From Hormiphora californensis (taxonomy: Eukaryota > Animalia > Ctenophora), in assembly GCA_020137815.1 (NCBI GenBank), contig CM035359.1, positions 2,604,001-2,668,000 on the forward strand: DNA of 64,000 nt, in the 5' to 3' direction. Numbering within the stretch: position 1 is the first letter of the stretch; every line of letters begins with the position of its first letter. This document shows, in pieces, positions 26,074-60,700 of the stretch. Below the pieces are notes generated by a model. That model was not told the DNA's origin, made no database searches, and saw nothing but the letters and a program-made list of their open reading frames with translations. The position numbers and the translations under genes are program-made.

Positions 26074-26680
26074 ACACGTGTGTTACCATGGTTACTAATG
26101 TTAATATATGATGTGGGAACACGTGTGTTAATGTATGATGTGTAAATTTGTTGTGTCTTGAGCCATGTTACAAACATGTTGTAACATGTCAGAGAAAGTG
26201 TGCAGGGAGAGAGACCTGTCAGTTTTTAACTTGTTAATACAATCACATTGCTTACATGGATTTGTTTCAATAAATCAATTTGTTTTATATTTGTAACGAG
26301 TCAATCTCTATCCCACAACTCACTCACAATTGGTCGCATTGCACAGTGCACACAACTTGCTTGATTGACTATCTCTCTCAGCCCCTCTCAGCGACTCATC
26401 ACGCCCCATATTTCAGTTTTCCAATGTTGACGATAAAATGAAAATGAATGAAATGACCAGTAAAATAAAATCTTATCAAAGAAAAGTTACAATCTCAAAC
26501 CCATTCCTCTCCTTACCACAAGATTACAGATTCTGGCGCCGCGTACCCCAGATCTGAGCACACTGTTGAGAATCAAATGGGGGTCTGGCACCGCTAGACA
26601 CCACATTACAAAGTCAATACAGTTACAACCCATACCTCTGCATATAAACCAGTTGCAGTTACCACAACATTACAATACAG

Positions 26681-28012
26681 TTACAACCCCAGTACAGCTG
26701 AAGTGGGTGTCCCAGTCCGTGACCAAGTCAGGCTCTTCTCCGAAACCTTCCTATTCAGCGCCACCACCCTCCTACTTGATCCCCTCTCTATCAGCATCAA
26801 CAGGGAACTTGTCACCACGCTGGCACCCATTAGACATGCCACCAACCACACATAGGTTCCCGTCCTGACATCACCAACAGGATCCAAAATGATGTGTGGT
26901 ACTACACCGGGTGTAATAGTACTTGCGAGACAGTTACACAGGAAAAACGGGGCGGAATTCCGTTGGTTTACTTGGATCTTGGATGTCATCCAGTTTAGGA
27001 GAGTGTTTTGGAAGAATGCCAGAGTTATCCCCATCAGTGCCATGGTCACTATAATCCCAGTGTAGCTCTTGTCCTGGGTGATGACCAGGGAGGTTATTGC
27101 TACAGCCAGGGTGAGGTTACACAGAAGCATCAGCTTTGTGATCTTTGTGAAAATCATGGCAATAGGGACTGCTAGAATCCGGAATACTAGGGACGACAGG
27201 AAAATGGCTTGGAGGGCTACATAAGATGCATACTCGTCCAGACCGGAATGGATGGCAAATGGTAGAATGAATACTTCGAGTGAGTTCCGTCCTGCCATAA
27301 AGAGGAATGAAGTGAGACCGAGAAGGACCCCTGATACAACTGGGTAGTTGAATTTAGCCGGTAGACAATGTTCCCCTAGTCGATCATCTAGATATTTCTC
27401 CAGGCTGACTCCAGAGCACAATCTAGTGATGACTAATGCAAGGAAGAGTCCATGAAGTGTCAACCCAATAGCCACAACAATTCCAGCAACTAATGCTAGA
27501 ATATTGGCGTCCGGAAATAGATCTTTGCAGATTTTACCGACTACTGGCATAACCGCAGCACCAAGAGAGAAAATACAATAGTAGACATTGGTGAATTTGG
27601 GTGCTTGGAGACCATTCACGACTCCATTGAAAAATGCGATGTTGGTTTCAATGAAAGCGAGTGAAGATCCTGCGATGAACCAGTTCACTCCTAATGACAT
27701 CCATGATGTACACAGTGGGGTGATTCCAATACCGATTAGCAATACAACGACACCAATAGCATGAACTGTGATACAATGGTGAGGGGGGAGTGATGCCATG
27801 AACCGTAGCACTACCAAATGTCCAATGAATTTCCCGCATCTCAGGGCTGTCATTAGATACCCGAACACTTCCATGTCTGCATCTATGTGAGTTGTGATCT
27901 CGTAGATTAGAGTACCAGGAAGGACCCAGAACATTCCAAATACGATGAGTGATGAGAATGTTGTGAGGGTGAGGGTAGTTGGAGAGTGGATGATCGTGGA
28001 AAACTTCGACAT
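26681..28012 (-). CDS. Major facilitator superfamily transporter (MFSD4/NAGLT1-like), single coding exon
   Basis: 443-aa ORF with ~12 hydrophobic segments in a 6+6 arrangement and the FSLGAAVMPVVG motif. A 3' splice site (ccccacccag) lies just upstream of the ATG. Confidence 0.8.
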   Translation of the reverse strand: MSKFSTIIHSPTTLTLTTFSSLIVFGMFWVLPGTLIYEITTHIDADMEVFGYLMTALRCGKFIGHLVVLRFMASLPPHHCITVHAIGVVVLLIGIGITPLCTSWMSLGVNWFIAGSSLAFIETNIAFFNGVVNGLQAPKFTNVYYCIFSLGAAVMPVVGKICKDLFPDANILALVAGIVVAIGLTLHGLFLALVITRLCSGVSLEKYLDDRLGEHCLPAKFNYPVVSGVLLGLTSFLFMAGRNSLEVFILPFAIHSGLDEYASYVALQAIFLSSLVFRILAVPIAMIFTKITKLMLLCNLTLAVAITSLVITQDKSYTGIIVTMALMGITLAFFQNTLLNWMTSKIQVNQRNSAPFFLCNCLASTITPGVVPHIILDPVGDVRTGTYVWLVACLMGASVVTSSLLMLIERGSSRRVVALNRKVSEKSLTWSRTGTPTSAVLGL

Positions 28013-28320
28013 CGTGCCATCAAAATCTGGGTGGGGTTTATATTTCAGTGATTTTAGGTAAGAACATAAACGGAGTGCTTGCTAGTCAACAATTTGATTA
28101 TTATTATTATTAAAACTGTTTACAATAATTTGACACAGTCAATTTGAAAATAACAATTCCTGTGTTTCACGATGAGATTTGAAAGCCCGGGTGACTCTGA
28201 GTTCTGACTCTGATTCAAATACCGAATCAAGATCTAAAGATGGCACGTTGATAATTTCATGATCAAAATAGAAAGTTAAGGAAAGCATAGGCAGATCAAT
28301 TTCGCAGGAAGGCGGAAGCG

Positions 28321-29294
28321 TACGGTGGCAGATTCCGGCCAAGTGTTTTTTCAATCAAGTGAAATATTTTTGTTTGAAGTTTTATAAAAATTTTATTTCA
28401 AAATAAAAATAAACATGTCGTTAAAATTATTGGCCGGAATCTGCCACGCGGGTGGCAGATTCCGGCCAAGATTCTCAAAAAACCTTGGCCAGAATCTGCC
28501 ACACACGTGGCAGATTCTGGCCAACCAACTAAAACTTGTTTATATCAAAGCGAAAAGCACTGTACCCGACTAATTTTGATACGCTGAATCACGTAAGATA
28601 CTTTTCCAATCCCTCAGAGGTCGGAAAAGTGTCATAATTGACCATAATTGGGTCTAATTGATCCCACTTACAACTTTTTACCTTAAAACGATAGACGCTT
28701 ATGTGAAGGCACTTTTCCGACTAATTTTGATACGCTGAATCACGTAAGCAACTTTTCCAAGTCCTCCGAGGTCGGGAAAATGCCTTAATTGGGTATAATT
28801 GGGTCTAATTAGCCTTAATTGCTCAATTAGGGCACTTTGCCGATCTCTGAGGACTTGGAAAAGTTGCTTACGTGATTCAGCGTATCAAAATTAGTCGGAA
28901 AAGTGCCTTCACATAAGCGTCTATCGTTTTAAGGTGTAAAGTTGTAAGTGGGGTCAATTAGACCCAATTATGGTCAATTATGACACGTTCCCGACCTCTG
29001 AGGGATTGGAAAAGTATCTTACGTGATTCAGCGTATCAAAATTAGTCGGGTACAGTGGTTTTCGCTTTGATATAAACAAGTTTTAGTTGGTTGGCCAGAA
29101 TCTGCCACGTGTGTGGCAGATTCTGGCCAAGGTTTTTTGAGAATCTTGGCCGGAATCTGCCACCCGCGTGGCAGATTCCGGCCAATAATTTTAACGACAT
29201 GTTTATTTTTATTTTGAAATAAAATTTTTATAAAACTTCAAACAAAAATATTTCACTTGATTGAAAAAACTCTTGGCCGGAATCTGCCACCGTA
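28321..29294. mobile_element. Foldback non-autonomous IS3EU-like DNA transposon
   Basis: Near-perfect ~970-bp palindrome with TAC...GTA termini. 6-bp TSD gaagcg at 28315-28320 and 29295-29300. Subterminal gtggcagattccggccaa repeats. Confidence 0.8.
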
Positions 29295-29958
29295 GAAGCG
29301 ACCGAAAGTTTGGTTCGGTTCGGTTCGGTCACCGAACTTCGTTTTTTTAGCGGTGGAAAAAAAATAGCCGAACCACTGAATTTTTCTTCGAAAACCAACC
29401 GAGGATAACTGCAAACGCAGGGAAAACCTGCAATTCTATCATCTGGTACTCGGCACGTGGTCGCTAATTACATTTTGGGAGTCACGTGACAAAAGAAACG
29501 CGATCGTGAGGCGGAAGCGAACCGTCTTGAAAAAGTTCGTTGCCGCGTGTCGCATTTAACAGTAACGCGCTAAATTAAAGCAGAGATAACCGCCATGTAG
29601 AGCCGCGCGCGGAATCTTTACTTGGAAAAGTTTTGAAAAGTTTTTTTTTGCCGCGGTTCCACAAATTTTCGTTTTTTTATCGCGAAATTTGAAAATTTAA
29701 TTTTAAAGTTTTCTCTTTTCGGTTTTTGACCCTTTTTGAAGAGATTAGAGATGGAATCTCATTAACAGCGTTGAGTGCTCTAATGAATTACTATTAGTAC
29801 GCGTCAATCAGGCGAAAAATAACTTATATTTTGCGGTCGGCGAGTTGAGGCTTTGGATTTTAATTTAATGTGAGCTGTGAATGTGAGTTGTGAATGTGAG
29901 TTGTGAATGTGAGTTGTGAATAAATGCTGACATATGTTTTAGGGATGCGTCTGTAGAA

Positions 29959-50954
<20,996 letters not shown>

Positions 50955-51752
50955 TTGATTGATAAAGACTGAGAAACTGTTTATTTGATTGCCCCTATTC
51001 GCTGCTGTGTGAACTGCACCCTCAAATTTGAAACTGAGAGAAAGAAGAGTCATGGATTTTATTCCTTTACCACTCAAGTGTGAAAAGTACGATTTGTACA
51101 AAGTGTAAATACAATGATATTTGGTTGCTTGCCATCAGTAGATCTGAGAGATTTCAATTTGAAGAGGCAGCGGTGGCCCTTGCCCGCGCAGACCCGATAT
51201 CTGCACGTGCAGAATACAGAGCGCGCCGTCCTACACTCTCCTTATGTCACCGCCGCCTCCGCTTATGAAAAACAAGAGTTGTGAACAGTTTTTGGGCTAA
51301 TATCAAGTATCGATATTGTATCCTGTTTTTACTAATATGTTTTGTAGATGAAAATCAGTGTGTTTGTTAATTGTTGCAACTTGGAAAGGGGTCATTCAAG
51401 GAGCAAAAGTCCGAAATATCAATTGAATGACCCCTTCGGAGGCGGAAATCTCAAAAGGCGGATACTTAACATGGGTCAAAGTTCAAAGAATATATCAACA
51501 ATCAAACCATATTCAATATTATAGTCTAGAACGCATAACTCAATCTGTAACACAGATAAAAAGGGTAAAAATAATGTCCTCTTTCTGATTCTTCCTCTCT
51601 AAAGTCCTTCACTCCCTTTTCTACCTTCATCACTGTCGTTGTATCATTCCATCTCTCTTGATATATCATTTCATGCAGTGCGTGCTTGAAGTTGAGACTT
51701 TGAGTACACCTCGGGGCATCTCTTTTGTTAGCTAAGTCATATCACATTATCT

Positions 51753-54700
51753 CTAGTACCAATCCTGAAAGGCATGAAATCAGTTTTAGTTGACTCGCAC
51801 TACTTTAAAACCATGGTACAAGATTGTAGGAAAAGGAATGGGTCTAGTTCACCCTGATCGGCTCACATGTTTGTCCCGGTAGTCCCCCGGCCTCAGACCC
51901 CCACAATTTGTCCCTGGGGCCCCGCCCCGACTCAAATGTTTGTCCCCATGTGGTCCCCCACCCCGCCCCTCACTCACATATTTGTCCCCATGTCGTCCCC
52001 CACCCCTCATTCACATATTTGTCCCCATGTGGTCCCCCACCCCTCCCCTCACTCACATATTTGTCCCCATGTGGTCCCAAACTACCCTACCCCTTACCCC
52101 TCCCCTCACTCACATGTTTATCCCTGTGGTCCAATGTCTGGTTGTGTCTGCCCAATGTCTGAGAAGCTGTCCCCACATCAGACTGGACTCTTCTCTTTGG
52201 TTTCCCAAGGGTGCTGGTAGCCTTCTGCAGGGGTGGCTGAAACAAGCAGTAATTTGTATATTTCCCATAATTCTAATTAGTGTACTTAGTTCTATCAGTC
52301 AGGGTTCACGATTCGAGTAAATAATTCAGTCAGGATTTTGTAAAATTAAGAAAATCAAAAAAACAACATAATCAATATCAGAATGGTGGTCATATGTCAT
52401 AATTTGGTCAAATTCAACGTCTTGTTAATTAATTGGAGTCCTCTTCTTGGAGTGATCGGTCCAGTAAAAACACCACGCTCTGTTTCTGTAGCTGTTGTGT
52501 CGTCTTCACAGTCTTCATGATCATCACAATCATCTTTAAATTAACTATTTACAATTGGATCTAATGTCCGTCATTCGTCAAAATCGCTGTAAAGATTGTC
52601 AAAGGTCAGTTTGTTTCAAATGATAGGCATCTCACTAACTGCTTCTGACACGCTCTGCGAGCGGAGCGAGGCGATTGATTGTACAGCCCTGGGAGGGGGT
52701 AAATCACATTGTTTGGGACCTAGTTCAACTCACCCTATTTCGCTGTGCGGCAGTAAGAGTTGCTTGTTGCATTATCGTAGCCTCCTTTACATCGTGTTCA
52801 AATGTATTGTTACTCAAAACTATCGGATTTACAATCTGAAATGTGTTTGTGAAGTGATATTACTAATTAATAACTCTCCTGGCGACCTTTTATGTGATTT
52901 TGATTTGAATGCAAGATAATAAGAGTGGGTATGTGACTCACCTGTGGTAAGTTATCTAGTGTAGTGTCAGGCATTGTTATCACCGATTGAAGGTGCTTAT
53001 CTTCATAGTTATTGTTCCTGAAACATATGGATATTAGTTTCACTTTCACTTTCACCTTTACTTTCAAATTCAAATTTCACTTTCACTTTTGTTTCCACAT
53101 CCCACGACCCAAAATCTGAGATTGTGGAACGTGGAACGAAATTGAATCATTGCACTTACTCATATCCCTCGGGACTACCCAGGCTCCTATCATCAAATAT
53201 ACTCCTATCCTTCTTCCTCCTTCCATGCACAAATACCACAACAATTAGAATAACTACAATGATGATAAACGCCACCAGCACAATGAGAGCCACTATAATA
53301 CCAGTCGATAGTCCTTCTTCTACCACCGCTTCTGTATTGGGAGAAAGAGGTGTTAGAGAGGTGTTAGAGGGGTGTTAGAGATGTGTTAGAGAGGTGTTAG
53401 AGAGATGTGTTAGAGAGGTGTTAGATAGAGGTGTTAGAGATGTGTTAGAGATGTGTTAGAGAGATGTGTTAGAGAGGTGTGTTAGAGAGATGTGTTAGAG
53501 AGATGTGTTAGAGAGGTGTGTTAGAGGGAGGTGTTAGAACATGTATTGGGAGAGAGGTGTACGTTAGAGAGGGGTGTTAGAGAGATGTGTTAGAGAGGTG
53601 TTAGAGAGGTGTTAGAGAGATGTGTTAGAACATGTATTGGGAGAGAGGTGTGTGTGTTAGAGAGAGGTGTTAGAGATGTGTTATAACATGTAAGATTCAT
53701 GGTACACGTGCAGGGTGGATGGGAAATGGAAGACTCACGGCCAATGTTAAGGGTGTAGGTTTTCCTGTACTTTTCTGTTTCACTTTTTATCAGCTCACAT
53801 GCGTAAACACCTGTAATATTGGAGTTTTGTAAAGTTGGAAGATCAACTTAGAAATACTGATAGTGAAAGTGAAAAAAGAAACTAAAACAGTGAAATTGAA
53901 ACTAAAAGGAGATCATATAGTGAAACTGAGAGCAGACCTAAAGTGAAAGTGAAACTAAAAGGAGAACCTATAGTGAAAGTGAAACTAAAAAGAGAACCTA
54001 TAGTGAAAGTGAAACTAAGACACCCACCGTTATCTGCAGTTTCCTCGATATCAACAATGGAAAGCACCGAATTCTTGGTTGTGTACGTCTCATTCGTTGC
54101 ATAGGTGATCCGGTTATTTTGGGTTATCACTGATGAAAGAGGTTGTTTGCTAATAAACATGATTACTAGCAAGTTAGGGAAGCAGCTCTACAAGTGGTAG
54201 GTTGGTAGGGAAGACAGGGGAGCTGGGGAGAAACTTAGAAACTTGACAACTTGTGTTCAACACCTAACAAACCAATAACCACCTAGTCGCATCGAATTCG
54301 GCCGAAACAAACCAACCACTAACCTAAGTTATCTTTCATCCACTGGATCTGACCCTCAGTAAAGGTAGTGAGACATGTCAGCTGAACAGACTCCCCCTTT
54401 TCTTCAGTACCAGCTGAAAGAAGAATGTGGTTTGATTTTGCGAAGTATCTGCAGAATATCTGAAATTTTGCAGAATCTCGGTGCATGGAACTAGGGGGTT
54501 AGGGGCGGGAACTAAGTGTCAGTTTAGAATTCATAGTTTGTGAAACAAAAATCAACTCAATATATCCATCCAGGGTCTTCAAATGAATTGGAATTCTAAC
54601 CTATCCAGTAAATTATTGTTGACTTACTGAGATGTAGACTCATCGTGTTAGGGTTCATCTGAAGGGAGTATGAGAGTTTCTCAGTTCCTGAACTCAGAGC

Positions 54701-57700
54701 GTTCTTGCTGGCACACTGGATATTTCGGTTGTGGTAGAGGGGTAGGAACATGAACTCAATCACACTGGGAGGGAAAGAAGTTGAATTAGGGAAAAATATT
54801 GAAAATAACCCTGGGCGGTCGAGTCGATCGTTGCGGTACAAATTCAGGAAAACAGAGAAAACCTCAGTACCTCTTTTTCTGGTAATCATTTAGTTTTGTG
54901 TTGGTTATTGTAAAGTCTGCTCCATCCCCGGCAATGGTGCCTGAAGCATCAGACCACATCCAGGTAGCTTCATCTGGCTCTGGGTTACCGTACACCATAC
55001 AAGTTAACACCATCTGGGGGGGGGGGGTAACATGTTAATATGCTATCTGGGGGAGGTAACATGTGTTAACATACCATCTGGACCCAGATGGGAGAGGGAT
55101 AAATTAACTTTAGCATGTTTAACCAATTAACTGTCAGGCCAATGCTCTGACAGTGTTATCATATTAATATTACCTGTGTTCCAACATCCTGAAAGATGTT
55201 AGTGGATCCATCACCCCCAGACCGGAGTTTAGCACTAAAGTTAACCACAATCTCCCAGCTTTTATCCTTGGCTGTGTCAGCACCGTCCCATGTCTACAGT
55301 GGGGGAGAGATTATAGTCATAGAGAGGACAACAAATAGGCTTTGCTCTGACGTATAATAGAGGTTACCATGGTTTAAAGTTAACACAGTAACCATGGTTA
55401 ACACAGTTACCTTGGTTACCATGGTTAACATGGTTACAAGATAACTCCCAGGTTACTATGGAGACCTACCTGTGATGTTTCACATTTGAAGATTCCAATA
55501 TCAGTGAAGGTGACTGTAGGGATCCTATACTCGCTGACTGTCTGTATGTTCAGATCAGATCTTTCGTAGTTAACTGTGTTTTCTACTGAGTGGGTGTTAT
55601 CTACCGCCTAGAGAAAGGAGGAAAGAAAGATGGCGTTTAGATTTAGAGGGATCAGTTCGGAGAATGATGGTCGAGGAATGATGGTCGAGTTAGTTAAGAA
55701 GTGTGCTTTTTTAAACTTTCGATTTAATTTATTGATTGAGTGTTGGATTTGAGAAACTTTACCTCAGTGTTAGTTAGGGCCCGTGTAAAGCTCCATTGAA
55801 CCTCAGACGCCTGAGGAACACCCAGTGTACTGCATGTAAATGTAAGGGTTGTGAACTCGTTCACTGTTCCGGCTCCTCCCGGTGTACTGGCGGTTGTGAT
55901 TGCAATGGGTCGATCTGGAGGTGATGGATGGGGTGTTACTAATACTAGGGGCAAGGACACAAGCAGTTCAATACTAATTCGTAGATCTACTAAATATTTC
56001 TACAAAACTTACATAGTCTCACGTAAGTGTGTGCCTCTCCACTGGCGGCGTTCCCATCATACGTGTTACCTCCCACACACCTGTACTTGCCCTCATTCGT
56101 ACTTGAAACTTGGAACTATCATGGGAGAGAGAGGTGGTTATTTCTCTTAGAACTTGGAACTAGGGGAGAGAGAGGTGGAAGGCTGGTTAAATGATCCATC
56201 CCTAATTCATTGCCCAACTCGACAGGTGAAGGTAGCTCTAAAAACTTCTACGAAAAAGAAGCGAAAATTTGCTAACCGAATGGCATTTGACGTGACAACC
56301 TTCACTTACTGAGTATGTGCTAGTTCTATCATAATCATTCAGGACACTAGTAGGTTGATTTGTGATCTTATCACTCCCATAATACCACTCCAGACTAGAT
56401 GGAGCTGGTTTGGCGCTGACTGTACAGGAAAGTTCCACGTTCTTGTTGGGGTCCGATGCTATCTCAGTCTGACCCATCTTGACGGTGGGGTTCTGGTCTG
56501 GAATAGTTATATGGTAATTAAACACCAATTAGATACACAATTCGATACAGTAAGTAATTTTGATATCTCCTTCTGGTGCTGATACACACTCACACGCCCT
56601 CTGTACAACAGATGAATGGGGAATCTGACACATTGATTTGTTATTCTGAATAAATTGAGATCTGATAGGCTCAGATCTCTTTGTTCAGAATCACAATTAG
56701 ATAGGCACATTAATATTTAGACAATAGTGTCTGACTGTCATGGTCTGGGAACCCCCTACTGCACGGAGCTTTTCTGAATCATCCATATCTAGACAAGTTC
56801 ATGTGTTGCAACGTTCGATAATCATGGTCTAATGCAGATCAATTATTTGATGATATGGACAAATAGATCTTCCTGAAATAATCACCTAGTCTTTTTTGTC
56901 CATATCATTACATCAATTGATACTATTTAGATTAAGCTAATGTAATTACTTACAAATGAGTAGAGTACTGTTGGCGTTCCGAGAGTACACAATGCTGTTA
57001 ATTGTGTTGTCTGTATAACAGTTGTAGGTACCATCATCGCCATATTCCGGAGACAAGATAGTTAGGGTTCCAGTTAGAGTCTGGAGGTCTACTGCAGTGT
57101 TACTGGTTGTAAACCTAAAGAGAGGGGGGGGGTTTAAACTCTAAAAAGATGAACATCTAAAGTTAACTTTGACACATTAATAAGGTAGAACCGGGACGAC
57201 GTGATTCTCGATATAATACCGGGCTGCAATTTACCTCTCGTTGCTCTCCGATATGAGTACAAGTTCTGAGTCCGTGGTCGTCTGTCTGCTCCATACCACT
57301 TTAGTTGGCCTTGGTAGACCTGGGGGAGACGGGGGATAGACATTAGACAACCAGAAAATGAACTAAAATTAACAAATTTAACCTTTAACTTTAGATATTA
57401 AATTCGGGAAAATGTCGGAATTGAGATTAAGGATATTTTGCAGGAATTGTAAATTTAACCGAAGAAGTTTTCCCGAATCGCAAAATTAACCGAGAAAATT
57501 TTCCCGAATCGCTAATTTAACCGAAAAAATTTAAAAGTTTCCCGAGTCAAAAATATTTCTTCACTGACCTGTAGCGCTGCAGGTGAGGTTGAGCGGGGTT
57601 CCAAAGGGAGCTGCCTTGGGGTTAGAACTGTCCCAGCTGATAGCTGACTCGGTCACTGAAAGGGGAGGGGGATTAGTAACTTAACTATAAGTTGGGAGGG

Positions 57701-60700
57701 GGATTAGTTCAATTATTGGGAGAACGATTCAATTAGTGAAGGTACACTGAAGATACACTGAAGATACAGGATGAGTGCACTGCACTCAGTGCAGTCTTAA
57801 TGAAGAAGGGGGTATGCGAGACCAGCTGATAGTAAAATCACGTCGCTCGTCAAGGCGGTGAAAATTCGGAACTCAGTACAAAACTCAGGTGCAGGGAACA
57901 AAACCAAGGCCAAGGGAGGAGCATACTCAATGTTAGCGGAGGAACTCTGACCTACAAAACACAGGATAGGGGTTTGAAGGCCAGAGGGGATTCAGAGATC
58001 GGGAAGCAGGGGAGAGGTTTGGGTCGGGCGGTGGGTGGAAGAGGGTGGGCCAGCATACTCAATGTTAGGAGGAATTCTGACTCTGCATTGTACGTTACAC
58101 CGCCATATTGATTTGAACTGCTACAGGTATACGTTCTGCCGTCTGTACCCTCCACATTCTTTATTGTCAATACCTAGTGTAGCACACATGGTGTTTATTG
58201 TCAATACCTTTAAATACACATGTGGTGTTTATTGTCAATACCTAGTAGCACACATGGAATCAACTACCGAAAGCCTCCTTCCTCCAATTTTCAACTTCCT
58301 CCCTCCCACTTCATCCAAAAACTATCCCAAGTGCGAAATAGTTCCAAACCTCCCCTAGCCCTCAACCCCCTTCCCCCTGTGTCAAATTACTCCCCCATCC
58401 CAGGCCCCTCACCCAATATACCTCCCTTAGTATGTCTGCCCCACATCCCCCTCCTCCTTTCATGCCTTCTCTAATTAGCCCCTCGCCCCCTTGCCACCCA
58501 GGCCACATTCACCACAAACCCCACCCCCTGCCCCTACCTCCTTTAGTATGTCTGGGTCTGTCACACCTGTCACCTTCTCAACACACTACCCCCCGCCTTT
58601 ACCACCCACCCTCACCACTGCACCCACCCCACCACCCGCCCTACCCCCTCACCCCTCCTATACCTCCTTCAGTATGTCTGGGTCTGTCACTCCTGTTACT
58701 TTCTCAACACTGTATTTATTGGTCTGACTGGTGTCTACAGACCAAACCAAACTATCCTTGGTGATAGGGTACGCTTCAGCAGTACATGTGATTTTGGAGT
58801 TCAGTCCCGCTACTGCGTAACTGTCACCCGACATAGACACTTTGATTGGGTAGTCTAGGGGCGGTGGCTGGTTACTTATCAATATCATGGTTACACACGG
58901 TTACACGTGGTTACACACGGTTACACGTGTCTAGTATTATAATAGGGGCGGTGGATTGGATATTTTGTTGGATGTGATGGATAGAAAACAGCCCTAACCA
59001 GCACTTTGCAAAAACCACAACTATACTCACCAACTCTGAACTCAACGGTAGTCTCCGCACTATTTGTTTTGCCTTGGTACGTATTCTCACAACTGCACTT
59101 ATACTCTGCAATATCCCCAGAAGTAGCGCTGGCAAAGTTGATCACACTCGTCAACACAAAGTCAGGATCATCTATAACAGGGGGGGGGGGGGTGAAATTA
59201 TAGATTCAGCAAGACCGGTACCATGTAGCATTAATATGATTTTAGTTAGAGTTTCTACTTTGATATTGAGTCAAACAGTGATATGGGGGCCAACTAACCA
59301 GTCACCCGGTCTCCCCAGTTAACGGGTAACCCCAATTAACCAGATAATTAGAGCTGCAATTATAGTAATTACTTACAGACGGCTGTGTTGGTGATTGTCC
59401 TTGTATCAGTCGCTGTCACCTTCACACCATCCTTTGTCCAACTCATTTCTGGAAAAAGAAGGGTTCATTTCTGGTAAAAGATCAGTGGTTTAGAGAAAAT
59501 ATTCTGGGTGGAGGGGGGTGGTGTTGTGGATTGGGATACTGTGAGCTGGTTAGCTATAACTGGATATATCAGTTTCCAACACAGATGACGTCACGTTATG
59601 ACGTCACGTTAAGACGTCACGTTAAGACGTCACACAATACGTACCTTCAGGTAGAGGGACACCTTCACAGGAGCAGGTGAGGGCAGCGGACTTTCCAACT
59701 TGGGTCTCCACGAAGGATGTAGTTCTGCTCACCTTTACTGCCGTATCTGCAGGGCATTATTACAGGGCATATTATAGGACAGGGATGGGGGGGTGGGGAG
59801 GGGGGTACACGATAGTATACATGGTGGATAGATGCTGCAGAACATTAGTGGGGTAGCACGTGGGGGTATGGACCAACAGCTTACAAGTTTTAATGATGAC
59901 TTTGTCGTCCTCAAACTGCGCTATCTTGTTGAGATAGTTGGTGGATTCGCACACGTAGTTCTAGGGAGAGATGAGTGGTGAATGCAAGGTTACCATGGTT
60001 ACACAGAGTCTCACCTGGTTACCATGGTTACACCTGAACACCTCGAGTCTCACCTGTTACACCGATTCTCACCTGGTTACCATAGTTACACCGAGTCTCA
60101 CCTGGTTACCATGGTTACACCGAGTCTCACCTGGTTACCATGGTTACACCGAGTCTCACCTGGTTACCATGGTTACACCGAGTCTCACCTGGTTACCATG
60201 GTTACACCGAGTCTCACCTGGTTACCATGGTCACACTGAGTCTCACCTTGTTACCATGGTTACACCTCGAGTCTCACCTGGTTACCACGGCTACACCGAG
60301 TCTCACTTGGTTATCATGGTTACACCGAGTCTCACCTGGTTACCATGGTTACACCGAGTCTTACCTGATTGCCATGGTTACACCTCGAGTCTCACCTGGT
60401 TACCATGGTTACACCGAGTCTCACCTGGTTACCATGGTTACACTTCGAGTCTCACCTGGTTACCATAGTTACACCTCGAGTCTCACCTGGTTACCAAGGT
60501 TACACCTCGAGTCTCACCTAGTTACCATGGTCACACCGAGTCTCACCTGGTTACCATGGTCACACCGAGTCTCACCTGGTTACCATGGTTACACTGCGTC
60601 TCACCTGGTCATCGTCTTGTGATGCTATAGCGAGTGTGCTGATAAGATTGTAATCCGTGGTTGATGTCGTTGTAACCGTGTAACCTTCATCCGCACTGGT

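Noticed and set aside
59586-59633. Four tandem (t/a)gacgtcac CRE-like sites as an enhancer
   Set aside because: This is a 13-bp local tandem duplication next to a donor site, with no independent evidence of function.
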